From: Candidatus Omnitrophota bacterium
GTDB lineage: Bacteria; Omnitrophota; Gorgyraeia; 1-14-0-20-64-10
Assembly: GCA_023818695.1 (NCBI GenBank)
Contig: JAMWCF010000001.1
Location: forward strand, 339,306-403,305
Reading direction: 5' to 3'
Length of the DNA: 64,000 nucleotides
Below, piece after piece: positions 9,431-20,704 of this stretch. The notes beneath the pieces were generated by a model that worked only from the letters and a program-made list of their open reading frames with translations, made no database searches and was not told the DNA's origin. Each line of letters begins with the position of its first letter. Position 1 is the stretch's first letter. A program made the position numbers and the translations under genes.

Positions 9431-9946
9431 ATGGCGACGATCAAGCTGATAAAAGAACCGGCTCCGATCCTCCACCAGCCGGCCGAACGGGTGCGCGAGA
9501 TTTCAAGCGATATCCGGCATCTGATCGATTCAATGATCCAGACGATGCACGCCGCGCGGGGAGTGGGGCTGGCGGCAAACCAGGTGGACTCTCCCTGGTC
9601 CGTCCTGGTGGCCAGCGACAACGGCGTCCCGGGGAAGGAGCTCGTGCTGATCAACCCGGTACTCCTCAAACAATCGGGGCGGCACACCGCCGCGGAGGGC
9701 TGCCTGTCCCTTCCCGGCATTGCCTGCGAAGTAACCCGCGCGGCCAGGGTCACCGTGCAGGGGTGGGACCGTGAAGGCCGCACCGTTACGATCGAGGCGG
9801 AAAACCTCCTGGCGAAGATCCTCCAGCATGAGATCGACCATCTGGCCGGCCGGCTTTTCGTCGACCGCCTCGGCGTCCTGAAACGACGCAAACTCCTGAA
9901 GGAGTACCGGAACCTTCAGAAGGCGCTCGGACAGATCGAGGTCTGA
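9431..9946 (+). CDS. def: Peptide deformylase
   Basis: Motifs GVGLAANQV, EGCLSLPG, HEIDHL. Confidence 0.97.
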   Translation: MATIKLIKEPAPILHQPAERVREISSDIRHLIDSMIQTMHAARGVGLAANQVDSPWSVLVASDNGVPGKELVLINPVLLKQSGRHTAAEGCLSLPGIACEVTRAARVTVQGWDREGRTVTIEAENLLAKILQHEIDHLAGRLFVDRLGVLKRRKLLKEYRNLQKALGQIEV

Positions 9947-10905
9947 TGCGGATCCTCTTCTTCGGCACGCCCGATTTCGCGGTCCCGGCCCTCACCCAGC
10001 TGCTGGAGTCGTCCCACGAGGTGGCCGCCGTCGTCACGCAGCCGGACAGGCCGAAGGGGAGGTCTTCGCGGCCTGTCCCTTCGCCGGCGAAAGAAGCGGC
10101 ACTCAAGGCGTCGCTGCCTGTCCTTCAACCGGAGGACCCGTCGGCAGAACCGTTCCTGAACTCCCTGCGGCCGCTGGCGGCGGAGATCGCTGTGGTGGTG
10201 GCCTACGGGCGGCTCCTCTCGGACGAACTTCTGGCCTCTTTCCCGAAAGGGGCGGTGAACCTGCACCCCTCTCTTCTTCCCAAATACCGGGGAGCCGCCC
10301 CCATCCAGTGGGCGCTGATCCGTGGTGAAAAGGAAACCGGAGTCACCATCTTCCAGCTTGACCGCCGTCTGGATCACGGTCCCATTCTTTTGCAGGTTCA
10401 TCACCCGATCGATCCGGAGGATGACGCCGTCAGCTTAAGCGGCCTGCTGGCCGACCTGGGTGCCCGGACCCTGATCGACGCGCTGGAGAGGGTGGAGGCC
10501 GGAGAAACCCATCCCCACCCGCAGAATGATGAAGAAGCTACTTTCGCGCCACCCCTTCAAAAAGGGGACGGTCTGCTGGATTGGACACAGGACTGTCTGT
10601 CCGTGCATAACAGGGTCAGGGGGGTCCAGCCCTGGCCCGGCGCCTTTTCTGAAGCGAACGGTAAAATCCTGAAGATCTTCAAAACCACGCCGGACCCGGC
10701 CGCTGCCGGCGGCGCGGAGCCAGGCACGGTCTTGAGCGCCGATCCGAACAAGGGACTCTGGATCCAGACCGGCAAAGGGGCGCTGCGGATCGATCGGCTG
10801 CAGCTCGAGGGGGGCAGGGAGATGGACACCGGTCCCTTTTTAAGGGGACACCCCTTTTTCCGGCCGGGCCTGCGGTTCGCCGCCCGAAGGAGGTCCCATG
10901 CCTGA
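9946..10905 (+). CDS. fmt: Methionyl-tRNA formyltransferase
   Basis: MRILFFGTPDFAV, HPSLLPKYRGAAPIQWALI; def-fmt synteny; 1-nt TGATG overlap. Confidence 0.95.
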   Translation: MRILFFGTPDFAVPALTQLLESSHEVAAVVTQPDRPKGRSSRPVPSPAKEAALKASLPVLQPEDPSAEPFLNSLRPLAAEIAVVVAYGRLLSDELLASFPKGAVNLHPSLLPKYRGAAPIQWALIRGEKETGVTIFQLDRRLDHGPILLQVHHPIDPEDDAVSLSGLLADLGARTLIDALERVEAGETHPHPQNDEEATFAPPLQKGDGLLDWTQDCLSVHNRVRGVQPWPGAFSEANGKILKIFKTTPDPAAAGGAEPGTVLSADPNKGLWIQTGKGALRIDRLQLEGGREMDTGPFLRGHPFFRPGLRFAARRRSHA

Positions 10906-11986
10906 ACTCCGCAAGGACCCTCTCACGAACCGCTGGGTCATCATCTCCACCGAGAGGGCCAAACGGCCCGACGAATTCCTGGAGATCACGCCCGATCAGG
11001 ATGCGGCGGCTCTGGAGGAATGTCCTTTCTGCGCCGGCAACGAAATCAAGACGGCTCCTGAAATCACGGCATTAAGACCCGCCGGCGGGGCCCCCAACAG
11101 CCCCGGCTGGAGCGTGAGGGTGATCCCATCCGTCGCGCCGGTCCTGCGGATCGAGGGCTCTCTGGAGCAGAAGTCGGATGGGGTCCACAGCGCGGTTTCC
11201 GGCATCGGGGCGCACGAGCTGGTGATCGAAACGCCGCACCACATCCGGTCCCTCTGGAACCTCCCCGATGAGCAGATCCGGTCGGTCATCCAGGCCTACA
11301 TCCAAAGGATCGTGGATCTGGAGAGGGACCCCCGGTTCAAATATGTCATGCTCTTCAAAAATTACGGCAAGGCGGCCGGAGAAGGGCGGTTCCGGCACAG
11401 CCGTTCCCAGCTCATCGCCCTGCCGATCACCCCCATTCGCCTGCGGGATGAACTGGGAGGATCCCGCCTTTACTTTCAGATGAAACAGCGCTGCATCTTC
11501 TGCGACATCATCCGCCAGGAATCCGAGACGCAGGAAAGGATCGCGGCCGAGACTGCCTCTTTCGTGGCGCTGGCGCCGTTTGCCTCTCGGTTTCCGTTCG
11601 AGGTCTGGATTCTCCCGAAGAACCATTCGTCAGACTTCACGAGGATGCCGCCTCCCCAGCAATCCGACCTGGCCACCATCCTGAAGATAACACTCGGGAA
11701 GCTCTGCGCTGCCCTCGGCGATCCGCCGCTGAACTACATCCTTCATACCGCTCCCTTCAGGCGTCCCCACCCGGGCTACTGGCAGACCATCGACAACGAT
11801 TTCCACTGGCACCTGGAGATCATGCCGCGCCTGACCCGGGTGGCCGGTTTCGAGTGGGGATCCGGGTTTTACATCAACCCGATCACGCCGGAGGAGACGG
11901 CCCGCTTCCTGCGCCGGGCCGTTTTCCCTCTGCCCCCGGAACCCCGTCCACAGCAGCCGGTGACGGAGGAGGGGAAAAATGGCTGA
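10898..11986 (+). CDS. GalT-like HIT-superfamily nucleotidyltransferase paralog with His-to-Arg change at the nucleophile position
   Basis: CPFCAGNE, GAHELVIETP, RHSRSQLIALP (HSR instead of HxH) and HWHLEIMPRLT..AGFEWGSGFYINP. Confidence 0.8.
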   Translation: MPELRKDPLTNRWVIISTERAKRPDEFLEITPDQDAAALEECPFCAGNEIKTAPEITALRPAGGAPNSPGWSVRVIPSVAPVLRIEGSLEQKSDGVHSAVSGIGAHELVIETPHHIRSLWNLPDEQIRSVIQAYIQRIVDLERDPRFKYVMLFKNYGKAAGEGRFRHSRSQLIALPITPIRLRDELGGSRLYFQMKQRCIFCDIIRQESETQERIAAETASFVALAPFASRFPFEVWILPKNHSSDFTRMPPPQQSDLATILKITLGKLCAALGDPPLNYILHTAPFRRPHPGYWQTIDNDFHWHLEIMPRLTRVAGFEWGSGFYINPITPEETARFLRRAVFPLPPEPRPQQPVTEEGKNG

Positions 11987-12977
11987 AATCCGCAGGGACC
12001 AGAGCACCCACCGATGGGTCATCATCTCAACGGACAACCCGATGGACCCCGAAGACTTTGAACCGGGCCAGAAGAAAACACGGATCGATTCATGCCCTTT
12101 CTGTCCAGGGAACGAATCGATGACGCCGGGCGATATCTTCTCCATCCCTTCGAAAACCGGCGGATGGCAGCTACGGGTCTTCCCGAACAAATTCCCAGCC
12201 CTCCGGATCGAGGGGGAGCTGAACAAGACGGGAACCGGCATCTACGACATGATGAACGGCATCGGGGCGCACGAGGTGATCGTGGAAACGCCGGACCATG
12301 CCAAAGATCTGGTGGATCTTCTGCCCGACGAGATGGATCTGGTGATTCGGGCCTACCGGGACCGGATCCGGGACCTGCGCCGCGACTCCCGTTTCCGCTA
12401 TATTCTGGTCTTCAAAAACGAGGGAGCCCCGGCCGGGGCCTCCGTCTCCCATTCCCATTCCCAACTGATCGCCCTTCCGATCATCCCCAAGCGGGTGAGC
12501 GAGGAGATCTGGTACGCTGATGCCCACTTCGAGCAGACCAGGCGCTGCATTTTCTGCGACACCATCCAGCAGGAACTTCGGGAGAAAACGCGTGTGGTGC
12601 TGGAAACCCCGCAAATCCTGGTCTACGCCCCCTACGCCTCCCGCTTCCCATTCGAGCTGTGGGTGCTGCCCAAGGAGCACCTGGCCCATTTCGCCGATTC
12701 TCCAGAACCGCTGCTGCTGGAGGCGGGCGACGCCCTCCGGAAAACGCTGGAGAAGCTGCGGACCCTCCTGCGACATCCTTCCTACAATTTTCTCATCCAC
12801 ACATCCCCTCTTGCGGCGCCGACGCCGGCAGGGTATCATTGGCATATTGAGCTGATGCCGCGTCTGACCCATGTGGCCGGATTTGAATGGGGATCTGGGT
12901 TTTACATCAACCCCACGCCCCCCGAATCAGCCGCCCGTTTCCTGCGCGAAGTCAAACCAAGTCTAAGCGGCGGGTAA
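11979..12977 (+). CDS. GalT-like HIT-superfamily hexose-1-phosphate nucleotidyltransferase / phosphorylase (intact HxHxQ)
   Basis: CPFCPGNE, GAHEVIVETP, SHSHSQLIALP and HWHIELMPRLT..AGFEWGSGFYINP; 8-nt overlap with the upstream paralog. Confidence 0.85.
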   Translation: MAEIRRDQSTHRWVIISTDNPMDPEDFEPGQKKTRIDSCPFCPGNESMTPGDIFSIPSKTGGWQLRVFPNKFPALRIEGELNKTGTGIYDMMNGIGAHEVIVETPDHAKDLVDLLPDEMDLVIRAYRDRIRDLRRDSRFRYILVFKNEGAPAGASVSHSHSQLIALPIIPKRVSEEIWYADAHFEQTRRCIFCDTIQQELREKTRVVLETPQILVYAPYASRFPFELWVLPKEHLAHFADSPEPLLLEAGDALRKTLEKLRTLLRHPSYNFLIHTSPLAAPTPAGYHWHIELMPRLTHVAGFEWGSGFYINPTPPESAARFLREVKPSLSGG

Positions 12978-13005
12978 TTTTTTAATTTTCATCGGAGAAG
13001 AATAA

Positions 13006-15265
<2,260 letters not shown>

Positions 15266-15269
<4 letters not shown>

Positions 15270-16060
15270 AAAGACGGCCGCTGGTGGCGGGCAACTGGAA
15301 GATGAACGGGACGATCCAGGAAGCCCGGCAGCTCGTGGAGGGGATCCTCCGGGCATCCCGCAAGCTGGCCGAGGTCGAAATCGTGCTCTTCCCCCCCTTC
15401 ACGGCGCTTGCCGAGGTGCGGGACCGGATCCAGGGCTCCCCGCTCCTGCTGGGGGCCCAGAACATGCACTGGGAAGAGAAGGGGGCCTACACCGGCGAGG
15501 TGTCCGGCGGAATGCTTAAGGAGCTCGGCTGCCGTTACGTGATCATCGGACATTCGGAACGGCGGGCCCTCTTCGGGGAAACGGATGAGTCGGTTCAGAA
15601 AAAAATCTCGGCCGTCTTTCGAACCGGCTTGAGCCCCATCCTATGCGTCGGCGAAACCCTCCAGCAGAGGGAAGCGAATCAGACATGGAAGGTCATCGAG
15701 CGCCAGCTTGAGATCGGGCTGGACAAAGCCAAAGCGGCCGACTCGATGAACCGGCTGGTGATCGCCTACGAGCCGGTCTGGGCGATCGGGACCGGCCGCA
15801 ACGCCACCCCCGCGCAGGCGCAGGAGGTGCATGCCCTGATCCGGTCGTGGCTCGACAAAAGATTCGGCAAAACCGAGGCTGATTCGATTCGGATCCAGTA
15901 CGGGGGTTCCGTCAAACCGGACAATGCCGCGGAACTGATGTCGCAGGCGGACGTGGACGGCGCGTTGGTCGGAGGGGCGAGTCTCGACACCACGTCGTTC
16001 ACCGCCATCGCCGAGGCGGCCGCTCTGCAAAGAAAGGGGGCTTCATGCTCTACGGATTGA
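15266..16060 (+). CDS. tpiA: Triosephosphate isomerase
   Basis: [33 protein letters not shown]. Confidence 0.97.
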
Positions 16061-16476
16061 TTCTAACGATTCATGTGCTGATGTGTTTCGTGCTCATCGC
16101 CGTCATTCTCCTGCAGGCGGGCCGGGGCGGGGGACTCTCCGACGCCTTCGGCGGGGGAGCCGCCCAGAGCTTCCTCGGCACCCGGGGAGCGGCGTACCTG
16201 ACCCGGGCCACCACCGTCTGCGCGACCATTTTCATGTTCACATCCCTGGGGCTGGCGATCCTATCGGTCCAGCGGGGACGCTCGCTGATGAGCCGCGTCC
16301 CGGCGACCCAGGCCTCTTCGCTGGCTGAGACCGCGCTCAAAGAGACACAGCCGGAAACGGCCGGCGCGACCGCCGCCCCTGCATCTTCAAACACCGTTCC
16401 GGAGTCAGCCAACGAGCAGACACCTGCCGAAAATCCCGTCCCGCAGCAAGAGCCGGCCGCCGCTGCCCAGCAGTAA
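16045..16476 (+). CDS. secG: Preprotein translocase subunit SecG with a long low-complexity C-terminal tail
   Basis: Two TM helices flank LLQAGRGGGLSDAFGGG; conserved position after tpiA; the C-terminal roughly 65 aa is rich in A/P/E/Q/T. Confidence 0.85.
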   Translation: MLYGLILTIHVLMCFVLIAVILLQAGRGGGLSDAFGGGAAQSFLGTRGAAYLTRATTVCATIFMFTSLGLAILSVQRGRSLMSRVPATQASSLAETALKETQPETAGATAAPASSNTVPESANEQTPAENPVPQQEPAAAAQQ

Positions 16477-16555
16477 ACTCGGTTTCTTTCTGCTGGCCGT
16501 CGGATTTTTCACCTCCGGCACCGCCGTTTTTTCCTCCGAATCACTCCCCGAAGCG

Positions 16556-18097
16556 ATGGAGCGCCACCTTCCTGCCGTGGGGGACGCCTACGTCAGCGGA
16601 ACTATCGGGGAACCGATCACCCTGATCCCGATCCTGGCATCCGATTCCCCCTCCGCGGAGGTCTGCGGCCTCGTTTACAACGGCCTGGTCAAATACGACA
16701 AGGATCTTGAGCTGATCGGCGACTTGGCCGATCGGTGGGAGATAAGCCCCGACGGCCTGGAAATCCGCTTTTTCCTGCGCAAGGGGATCCGGTGGCACGA
16801 CGGCGTCCCCTTCACCGCGGAAGATGTCGAGTTCACCTATCGGCGCCTGATCGACCCGGCGGTCCCCACCCCTTACCGAGGGGACTTCGAACGGATCGAA
16901 TCGGTGAAGGTGCTCGACCCCTGGACATTGCTGGTCCGCTACAAGGAACCGTTCGCGCCGGCCCTCTCCTCCTGGGGGATGGGGATCCTCCCCAAACATC
17001 TGCTGGAGGGGGCGGACCTGATGCGAACACCTTTGAGGGAGAAGCCGGTGGGAACCGGCCCCTTCCGGTTCCATCGATGGGTCCGGGGAGACCGGGTGGA
17101 ACTGAAGGCCAACCCGGACTACTTTGAAGGCCGGCCGTTCCTGGACTGGATCGTCCTGCGGGTCATCCCGGACCAAGGAACCATTTTTCTCGAACTCCAA
17201 GTGGAGGGGCTCGACTCGGCGGGGCTGACCCCTCTGCAGTTTTCCCGATCCTCCAACAACCCCCGTTTTTCGGATCTGTTTCATAAATTCCATTATCCGA
17301 GCTTCGGCTACACCTATCTGGGCTACAATCTGCGGGACCCGAAATTCCGGGACCCGCTCGTCCGGCAGGCCCTCAATGCCGCGATCAACAAGGAGGAGAT
17401 CATCCGAGGGGTGCTTTTGGGTTACGGCCGGGAAGCGACCGGTCCCTATCCGCAGGAATCCTGGGCCTTCGATCCAGCCATCCGACCCGCCCCTTACGAT
17501 CCCCGGCGGGCCAAGGAGCTGCTGGCCCAGGCCGGCTGGAAAGATGCCGACGGCGACGGCATTCTGGAAAAAGAGGGAATCCCTTTCGAATTCACAATCC
17601 TAACCAACCAGGGGAATCTCACCAGAGAACTCGCCGCGCAGATCATCCAGCAGCGGCTGGCCGCCATCGGTATCCGGGTGAAGATCTGGATCCTGGAGTG
17701 GTCCGCGCTCCTGCACGAGTTTATCGACAAGGGGAAGTTCGAAGCGATCTTGATGGGATGGAGTCTCTCGAGGGATCCGGATCAGTTCGATCTTTGGCAC
17801 TCCTCGAAGATAAAGCCGGGGGAGTTCAACTTCATCGGCTATTCCAACCCCGAGGCCGACCGGCTGCTGGAAGAGGGCCGCAGGACCTTCGACCCCCTCC
17901 GGCGCCAAGAGATCTACCGCCGCTTCCACCGGCTCCTTTACGAGGACCAGCCGGTCTGCTTCCTCTACGTCCCGGAAGCGTTGCCGGCGGTTCACCGGCG
18001 TTTTCAGGAGGTGGAGGTTTCCGCCATCGGTGTGGGCTATAATCTGATCCATTGGTACGTACCGTCCAACAAGCAGCGATACCGGATGGAGCCATGA
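16556..18097 (+). CDS. ABC transporter substrate-binding protein, family 5 (OppA/DppA-like); N-terminus probably extends upstream
   Basis: Typical SBP_bac_5 sequence (WHDGVPFTAEDV, GTGPFRF, ANPDYFEG). 16556 is the first ATG, but the in-frame upstream codons encode a signal-peptide-like segment (see findings). Confidence 0.85.
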   Translation: MERHLPAVGDAYVSGTIGEPITLIPILASDSPSAEVCGLVYNGLVKYDKDLELIGDLADRWEISPDGLEIRFFLRKGIRWHDGVPFTAEDVEFTYRRLIDPAVPTPYRGDFERIESVKVLDPWTLLVRYKEPFAPALSSWGMGILPKHLLEGADLMRTPLREKPVGTGPFRFHRWVRGDRVELKANPDYFEGRPFLDWIVLRVIPDQGTIFLELQVEGLDSAGLTPLQFSRSSNNPRFSDLFHKFHYPSFGYTYLGYNLRDPKFRDPLVRQALNAAINKEEIIRGVLLGYGREATGPYPQESWAFDPAIRPAPYDPRRAKELLAQAGWKDADGDGILEKEGIPFEFTILTNQGNLTRELAAQIIQQRLAAIGIRVKIWILEWSALLHEFIDKGKFEAILMGWSLSRDPDQFDLWHSSKIKPGEFNFIGYSNPEADRLLEEGRRTFDPLRRQEIYRRFHRLLYEDQPVCFLYVPEALPAVHRRFQEVEVSAIGVGYNLIHWYVPSNKQRYRMEP

Positions 18098-19077
18098 GCC
18101 GATATCTCCTTTTTCGCCTGCGGTCGCTGATTCCCGTCTTCTTCGGGATCACGGCCATCAGCTTCGCCGTGATGCACCTGGCGCCGGGCAAGCCGACCGA
18201 CTCGATCACCGATCTGAACGTCAAGGTCTCCCTGCAGGCGAAAGAGCAGCTGATCAAGCTCTACGGTCTGGACCGCCCGGTGCATGTGCAGTACCTGGAC
18301 TGGCTCACAAGGATTGTGCGGGGGGACTTCGGCCGCTCCTTCAAAGACGGCAGGCCGGTGTCGGCGAAGATCGCGGAGCGGATCCCGCTGACCCTGCTCC
18401 TGAACGGGCTGGCCCTCTTCTTCATCCTGCTGCTGTCGGTCCCCCTGGGGGTCGTCAGCGCGGCGAGGGAGGGGTCTGTCTTCGACCACCTGGTGACTCT
18501 CTTTGTCTTCATCGGCTTCGCCCTGCCAACGTTCTGGGTGGCCCTGCTGGCGGTCGATTTCTTCGGAGTGAAGATGGGCTGGCTACCTGTCTCGGGCCTT
18601 TTTTCGCTGGGGGCCGACCGTCTGCCGCTCCAGGAACGGATCGCGGACGCGGCCCGGCACCTGGTCCTGCCGGTCGGCGTCATTGTCTTCGGCGGACTGG
18701 CCGGTTATTCCCGCTACGTCCGTTCCGGCATGCTGGAGGTGCTCCAGCAGGATTACATCCGGACCGCCTACGCCAAAGGATTAAAAAGATCGGAGGTCCT
18801 CTACAAGCACGCCCTGCGCAACGCGCTGCTGCCGATGATCACGGTCCTGGGGCTTTCGGTCCCGGGGCTGATCAGCGGCTCGGTGATCTTTGAGTCGATC
18901 TTCGCCCTGCCCGGGATGGGGCGCCTCTTCTATGAGGCGGTCATGGGCCGGGACGGGCCGGTGATCATGGGAATCCTGGTGATCGGGGCGGGGCTGACCC
19001 TGCTTGGGAACCTAATAGCCGACATCGCCTATGCGTACGCCGACCCGAGAATCCGGCATGGGGAGCCGGCCTCATGA
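18094..19077 (+). CDS. ABC transporter permease (DppB/OppB-like)
   Basis: ATG 18094 forms ATGA with the SBP stop. MSRYLLFRLRSLIPVFFGITAISF, YIRTAYAKGL, multiple TM segments. Confidence 0.9.
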   Translation: MSRYLLFRLRSLIPVFFGITAISFAVMHLAPGKPTDSITDLNVKVSLQAKEQLIKLYGLDRPVHVQYLDWLTRIVRGDFGRSFKDGRPVSAKIAERIPLTLLLNGLALFFILLLSVPLGVVSAAREGSVFDHLVTLFVFIGFALPTFWVALLAVDFFGVKMGWLPVSGLFSLGADRLPLQERIADAARHLVLPVGVIVFGGLAGYSRYVRSGMLEVLQQDYIRTAYAKGLKRSEVLYKHALRNALLPMITVLGLSVPGLISGSVIFESIFALPGMGRLFYEAVMGRDGPVIMGILVIGAGLTLLGNLIADIAYAYADPRIRHGEPAS

Positions 19078-19880
19078 AGAAGCGCTGCGCCTCCGGAATG
19101 TTTCTCGGAAGCATCATGCTGTTATCCATCCTCTTTGGCGCCGCGCTGTTCGCCCCGCAACTGACCGGAGCGGACCCCCGGGAAATCCGGCTGGAAGAGG
19201 CCCTGCTGGGTCCCTCCTGGCAGCACCCGTTCGGGACCGACCAGCTGGGGAGGGACGTCTACGCCCGGATGCTTTACGGAGCGAGGGTCTCCATCGCTGT
19301 CGGCTTCGTGGCGGTGGGAATCGCCACCCTTCTGGGAGTCCTGATCGGATCGGTTTCCGGCTATCTGGGAGGGTGGATTGACACCGTGCTGATGCGCTTC
19401 ACCGACATCATGCTCTGTTTTCCGACCCTCTTTCTAATCCTTGCGGCGATCGCTTTTCTGGGGCCCAGCATCTTCAACATCATGGCGATCATTGGTCTGA
19501 CCGGCTGGATGGGGGTCGCCCGTCTGGTCCGGGCCGAAATACTGACCTTGAAGGAGAGGGAATTCGTGCAGGCGGCCCGCGTCATCGGCTGCTCCCATCC
19601 GCGGATCATCCTCCGGCATCTGCTGCCTAACGCCATGGCGCCGGTGATTGTCAGCGCCACACTGGGAATCGGCTCGGCGGTGCTGATCGAATCGGCCTTG
19701 AGTTTTCTGGGGATCGGCGTCCAGCCGCCAGACCCCAGCTGGGGAAATATCCTGGCGGAAGGAAAATCGACGCTGGGGGTGGCTCCCTGGCTGATCGTGA
19801 TCCCTGGGATCGCCATCTGTTGGATCGTTCTGGGATTCAACATGCTCGGAGAAGCGCTGCGCCAGCGATGGAGGAGCTGA
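19074..19880 (+). CDS. ABC transporter permease (DppC/OppC-like)
   Basis: PFGTDQLGRDV, EFVQAARVIGCS, TM-rich; ATGA overlap. Confidence 0.9.
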   Translation: MKKRCASGMFLGSIMLLSILFGAALFAPQLTGADPREIRLEEALLGPSWQHPFGTDQLGRDVYARMLYGARVSIAVGFVAVGIATLLGVLIGSVSGYLGGWIDTVLMRFTDIMLCFPTLFLILAAIAFLGPSIFNIMAIIGLTGWMGVARLVRAEILTLKEREFVQAARVIGCSHPRIILRHLLPNAMAPVIVSATLGIGSAVLIESALSFLGIGVQPPDPSWGNILAEGKSTLGVAPWLIVIPGIAICWIVLGFNMLGEALRQRWRS

Positions 19881-19885
19881 CCGCC

Positions 19886-20704
19886 ATGGAAGAACCGTCC
19901 ATGATCCGGCAGAAACTGAAAAAAGCGGCCCGCAAAATTCGGCGGGCGATCCTGCGGGATGAACCGGGCTACTACGACATGTTCATGAACAAAGGGGAAC
20001 ATTTTTTCGGCCGGCTCTATCTTCATGAGATCACCCGAATCCTCGAAGAGGAAAAGAGAAACCCACCCCTGAAAATCCTGGACGCTGGCTGTCAGTCCGG
20101 CCGTCTGACGGTCCCCCTGGCGGCGGCTGGCCACGACGTCACCGGCGTGGACACCTCCGACCTGGCCCTTCGGCGGGCTAGGAAACACGCGGCCGAGATG
20201 AAAACCTCTTTCCGGCCGGTCCGGGCCGACCTCTCCTCGTGGCTGCCGAAACAGCCGCAGGGGTTTTTCGACGCCGTCCTCTGCACCGAGGTCCTTTACA
20301 TGAGGGAAAACCACCTGGAGCTGCTGGAGGGGCTCCTGAAGGTCTTGAAACCGGGCGGACTGTGCTTCATCTCCCACCGGCCGACCGGCTACTACCTGGC
20401 CGAGGCCTTCCGGAAAGGGGACAAGCAGGCGATTGAAACCCTGACCGGCGCCTCCGAGGGAATTCTTTTCGGCTCTTATTACAACTGGCAGAGCAGGGAA
20501 GAGCTCCGAACACTCTACAGCCGCTTTCCCGTGGAGGTGTTGAGCATCGTTCCGATCGGCTTCCTCTCCTGGGCAGTGATCGATCCCAGCGGCCTGGAGC
20601 CAGAAATGGAGGAGCTCCTTTTCCAGGTGGAAACCGCCCCGGAACATCGGCAGAACGACTGCGGCCGGTATCTGCTGGTTTCGGCGAGGAAGAAAACGTC
20701 ATGA
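19886..20704 (+). CDS. Class I SAM-dependent methyltransferase
   Basis: Motif I ILDAGCQSGR; post-I acidic residue GVD; LKPGG. The start is ambiguous (19868, 19886 or 19901); 19886 is the first ATG after the upstream stop. Confidence 0.75.
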   Translation: MEEPSMIRQKLKKAARKIRRAILRDEPGYYDMFMNKGEHFFGRLYLHEITRILEEEKRNPPLKILDAGCQSGRLTVPLAAAGHDVTGVDTSDLALRRARKHAAEMKTSFRPVRADLSSWLPKQPQGFFDAVLCTEVLYMRENHLELLEGLLKVLKPGGLCFISHRPTGYYLAEAFRKGDKQAIETLTGASEGILFGSYYNWQSREELRTLYSRFPVEVLSIVPIGFLSWAVIDPSGLEPEMEELLFQVETAPEHRQNDCGRYLLVSARKKTS

